Of a stretch of DNA of 32,000 nucleotides, positions 28,427 to 32,000 are shown piece by piece. Each line of letters opens with the position of its first letter. The stretch's first letter is position 1. Source of the stretch: Amoeboradix gromovi X-113 (taxonomy: Eukaryota > Fungi > Sanchytriomycota); NCBI GenBank assembly GCA_018985225.1, contig JADGIF010000012.1:10896-42895 (forward strand). The letters run 5' to 3'. The notes under the pieces were generated by a model, which had not been told where the DNA came from, searched no databases, and was given only the letters and a program-made list of their open reading frames with translations. The translations under genes and the position numbers were made by a program.

Positions 28427-30976
28427 ATGTCCTCTTCAGTCCGAAATCACAAGAATCCGAGATGCGAATACGTTAATATTGAAGATTTTAAAGTACCCTT
28501 TCCGTACAAACCATACGCTATTCAAGAGGATTTCATGTCCAAGATATTAAAAGCGCTCGTGAATAATGAAAATGCTTTACTCGAATCGCCGACAGGTTCT
28601 GGTAAAACCTTGTCCTTATTAGCACCTGTTTTGGCATACTTACAAACTCTTCAGGAAAAACCTACTGTTTATTTTGCGTCTAGAACACATTCCCAACTAA
28701 AGCAAGCCATCGAACAGCTGAGGCTTCTAACTAGTTTAAACGCTACCACGTTAGCTTCCAGAAATCATCTATGTTTAAATAAAGATGTGAAAGACCTCTC
28801 TGGTGGATTGGCTAGTATCAAGTGTAAAGTAAAGACTAATTACAAATCTAAGGATTCTTGCTTGTATTATGAAGGCTTTAAACGAAACCAAAAGAATTTG
28901 AAGAATTTAAAACTTGCGGATATCGAGGATTTAACCTCTTATGGTCAAAAATCCAGTGTTTGTCCATACTTTACTTCCAGATTACTTACATCTCAGGTCG
29001 ATTTTGTTTTCCTTCCTTATAACTACTTGTTCGATAATTCAAAGTCAGATCATTTCCTTGTTAATGTTAATATTGAAAGTGGACAACTAGATGTTTCCAA
29101 GGAAAATGAGATGCCTCCAATGCAAAATAGACAACGTAGAGGTGCGATAATCATATTTGATGAAGCTCATAATATGGAGTCAGTTGCACTCAATGCCACA
29201 TCGTTTGAAGTTTCTATAAATGATCTTGATCTAATGCTTGGTGAACTGAGATACTGCTCCGGCCAATCTGAAGAATATGACTGTGCCCCTAATTATTTTG
29301 ATTCTATTGTTTTACTGATTAATAAAATGCAACTTTTCATCAAGTCCATTCAATTTCCAAAACAGGACAAGTTTAACTCATCAAAAGTAATCAAGGACGC
29401 ATCCTGTATGTACAACCTATTTGAAGAATCAGGAATCGACACAAGTAGTGCGCAAATAATTAGCAAGGCTATTGAGATATTAACAAATGATTCTAGTAAA
29501 AGTAAAGTGCATTTGGACGTATTGCTCACTGGTATACGTATAATGTTTATGAGCACAAACACAAACTATTTTAAAGTGTCAATTGAGAAGCAAACGATTA
29601 GGCAATTCAACAAGATTGCCAAGGATCAAACAATTTTAAGGTATTACTGTTTGCACTCTGGGATAGCTATGAATCTATTAAATGATTTAACTGACAACCA
29701 GGGAAACAAGTTAATAACATCATTTATACTTGCAAGTGGTACATTGAGCCCAATGAGTTCATTTGCATTCGAGAGTGGACTTGTATTTGACAATATACTA
29801 AGTAATCCTCATGTAATTAAACCGTATCAAATGTGCATAAGGGCAAGTGGAACAGGACCATTGAAGACATCTTTGCAAAGTACATATAACAAAAGGGATG
29901 ATCCAAATTATTTGAAGGACTTGGGGTATGCTATTATACAAATTAGTGAGCAGGTCAAGGGTGGTGTATTGGTATTCTTTCCTGCATATGCACTGATGGA
30001 GAAATGTATGATGAATTGGAATGTCTCTAGTTACACCAACAATAAAACCATTTATAACACGCTTTCGATGAACAAGTCGGTATTTTTAGAAAGCAAGAAT
30101 AGGGATGAATTTGAAAAAATAATAAATAACTTTGAAAATGCTACTACTCAACAAACAGGCGCTATACTCTTTGCAGTATGCAGAGGTAAAGCGAGCGAGG
30201 GTATAGATTTTAGAAATGATAAATGTAGAGCAGTAATATGCATCGGGTTCCCGTTCCCTAATTTAGGAGATGCAAAAGTAACTTTAAAAAAATCATTCAT
30301 GGACAAACTGTATCATATGCCACCAAGAGCTAATGGTGTAATTAGCGGCAGTGAATGGTACAAACAACAGGCTATTAGAGCAATAAACCAAGCCATCGGT
30401 AGAGTCATAAGACATAAGGATGATTATGGATGTATCATATTGTTGGATGATAGATTTGTAGATCAAAGTTACAAAAAATACTTGCCGACCTGGATAAGTC
30501 CTTACTTTATCCAAAATCAACACTTTGATGATACGTTGAACGCAATTAAAAGCTTTTTTAGAAACCCTAAGATTAAGGAACTGAAGCAAACCAGTTTGCT
30601 GAATCAGAGTGCAACTATTGAAGTTGCAAGACCGATTAAAAGAGAGCGGCAAATCACTCCAAATGCAACGGGTTCTCACAAAAAGGTCAAGGTAGATTCT
30701 AGAGTAGAAAAGAAGTTGGAAGCCAAAGTATTTATGGATAAGTTGCGCAACACACTGAACAAGGGTCAATTCGCAATATTTAAACAGAATTTGGTGAAGT
30801 TGAATAATGATGAAATGACAAGTAATTTATTTGCAAAAGAGATTGTTGGATTTATGAAAACAAGTACAAATACTCACGAGGAACAATCTAGCATATTATC
30901 AAGACTGGCTTCATTCTTGCCAAGTGATAAAAGACATCAATATCTTTCGGAAGCGAACAGCTATATTAGAAAGTAG
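28427..30976 (+). CDS. RTEG1-like not assigned: RTEL1-like Fe-S DEAH helicase (XPD/FANCJ family)
   Basis: Q motif FPYKPYAIQ, LESPTGSGKT, SRTHSQL, four Fe-S Cys, DEAH, SGTLSP, AVCRGKASEGIDF, RAINQAIGRVIRHKDDYG. The C-terminal AKVFMDKLRNTL...RLASFLP resembles a harmonin-like domain, which favours RTEL1 over FANCJ or DDX11. Confidence 0.85.
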   Translation: MSSSVRNHKNPRCEYVNIEDFKVPFPYKPYAIQEDFMSKILKALVNNENALLESPTGSGKTLSLLAPVLAYLQTLQEKPTVYFASRTHSQLKQAIEQLRLLTSLNATTLASRNHLCLNKDVKDLSGGLASIKCKVKTNYKSKDSCLYYEGFKRNQKNLKNLKLADIEDLTSYGQKSSVCPYFTSRLLTSQVDFVFLPYNYLFDNSKSDHFLVNVNIESGQLDVSKENEMPPMQNRQRRGAIIIFDEAHNMESVALNATSFEVSINDLDLMLGELRYCSGQSEEYDCAPNYFDSIVLLINKMQLFIKSIQFPKQDKFNSSKVIKDASCMYNLFEESGIDTSSAQIISKAIEILTNDSSKSKVHLDVLLTGIRIMFMSTNTNYFKVSIEKQTIRQFNKIAKDQTILRYYCLHSGIAMNLLNDLTDNQGNKLITSFILASGTLSPMSSFAFESGLVFDNILSNPHVIKPYQMCIRASGTGPLKTSLQSTYNKRDDPNYLKDLGYAIIQISEQVKGGVLVFFPAYALMEKCMMNWNVSSYTNNKTIYNTLSMNKSVFLESKNRDEFEKIINNFENATTQQTGAILFAVCRGKASEGIDFRNDKCRAVICIGFPFPNLGDAKVTLKKSFMDKLYHMPPRANGVISGSEWYKQQAIRAINQAIGRVIRHKDDYGCIILLDDRFVDQSYKKYLPTWISPYFIQNQHFDDTLNAIKSFFRNPKIKELKQTSLLNQSATIEVARPIKRERQITPNATGSHKKVKVDSRVEKKLEAKVFMDKLRNTLNKGQFAIFKQNLVKLNNDEMTSNLFAKEIVGFMKTSTNTHEEQSSILSRLASFLPSDKRHQYLSEANSYIRK

Positions 30977-31010
30977 TAAATATATTTAATCTAGACTTTA
31001 TAAACCGATA

Positions 31011-31172
31011 ATGCCCAGCTGTTTTAGTTGCAATGATGCTGTAAAAAGAGCACATTTGTGCAACAATTGCATGGCAATTGGATGCTGGTCTTGTTGGATT
31101 GAAGTAGAAAAATGCAAATGTGGAATTCGGGTTAGACTGAGAAAGTTGCAAGAGAAAAGTCTATTCTTTTAG
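31011..31172 (+). CDS. Small Cys-rich RING-like ORF (53 aa), possibly the start of a degraded TRIM37-like gene
   Basis: MPSCFSCNDAVKRAHLCNNCMAIGCWSCWIEVEKCKCG has eight Cys in RING-like spacing. It starts 34 bp after the helicase stop and is below the ORF-track length cutoff. Confidence 0.45.
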   Translation: MPSCFSCNDAVKRAHLCNNCMAIGCWSCWIEVEKCKCGIRVRLRKLQEKSLFF

Positions 31173-32000
31173 AAAGTTCTTCTGCCATTAGTACTTTCTT
31201 CTGTACGAGTCCAATGTGATTGGCCATTAAAAAATGGAATGTTCCTAGAAAATAATATAAATGCAAACAAGACTACAAGATTAACAAAAAGAACTGTTGT
31301 ATAGATTAACACATTATACAGGTGGACCTGATCCAGCACTCAAGAATACAGACACTCCTGAACATTTTTGAATTCATAAATAAATAAAGTATCTTAAAGA
31401 TCCTATTATAACCAGTGGTTCATTCTGCAGTTTTACGCTCGAATGGACCCGTTTGTTCAACTACAATTGCTGGCAACATCATCAGCGAGATTATTATACT
31501 TTGCCGTTTTCAAATATAACAAGCGTGGACAGACAGGTTAGCAGAATTTTCATCACGGATAAAATATAAACAGAAAATTCAAGTGTTCTTGATTAGCGTC
31601 TCAACCATAAGAAAAGAAATGGCATCAAGAGCGAGATAACAAATAGTCATTTACTGTTAATGGATCAAAAAAGCATGTCTGCTGATGCCCATCAGTCACC
31701 AACAGGAATCTATTTGATTGTGGAGTTTTTAACACTCACCAAAGTCTTGGATGAGAGTAACAACGATACCATGAAAACTGAAAATATCATCCGTATCTAT
31801 TTGGCTATACACGAGGAACCTAGTCGGCGTCAATGTGCTTTTATAGTCCAATTTTATGAGAAAGTCTCGCTGGAGCCCCAAGCTGGACCTGCAATTTTTC
31901 CGAGTCTCTCGCATTACATATGGGACATCAAATATAAAAACTAGACTAACTTTCTGTAACAACTTGGAACATTATTTCAGCTTTATTACTTTATGGATTT

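Noticed and set aside
31660-31962. Overlapping 94-aa (+) and 77-aa (-) ORFs
   Set aside because: No motif. The + ORF may be a small gene or a relic, but nothing in the sequence supports a call.

Overview
Gene-dense, AT-rich eukaryotic window in the standard genetic code. It most likely comes from a compact-genome, early-diverging zoosporic fungus or relative (inference from a flagellar DRC10/IQCD gene together with a fungal White Collar-1, Bot1/mS45, Rxt3, nicastrin-like and RTEL1-like genes). Housekeeping genes are Mon2 (partial), UBR1, an M3 oligopeptidase, ubiquitin-L40, an FCP1/SCP-type phosphatase, mitochondrial uS10 and mS45, Rxt3 and an RTEL1-like helicase. Two signals are not visible in the ORF track. 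(1) There are three copies (5645-6196 -, 24930-25254 +, 26051-26424 -) of one short, internally deleted IS607-type/Fanzor2 element family. They share a left-end motif and a ~100-nt right-end block that sits where an omegaRNA scaffold is expected. Copies A and C carry clear Fanzor RuvC-III remnants, and a TnpA HTH remnant is clear in A and weak in B and C. The right-end block is far better conserved than the decayed coding remnants, suggesting stand-alone guide-RNA loci. (2) Spliceosomal introns are ultra-short: 19 and 20 nt are needed to restore conserved reading frames, 21 nt is likely, and there is a 12-nt GT-AG candidate inside the WC-1 LOV domain. Several genes also appear eroded at their ends. 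All protein identifications are by recognition of motifs; no database searches were run.
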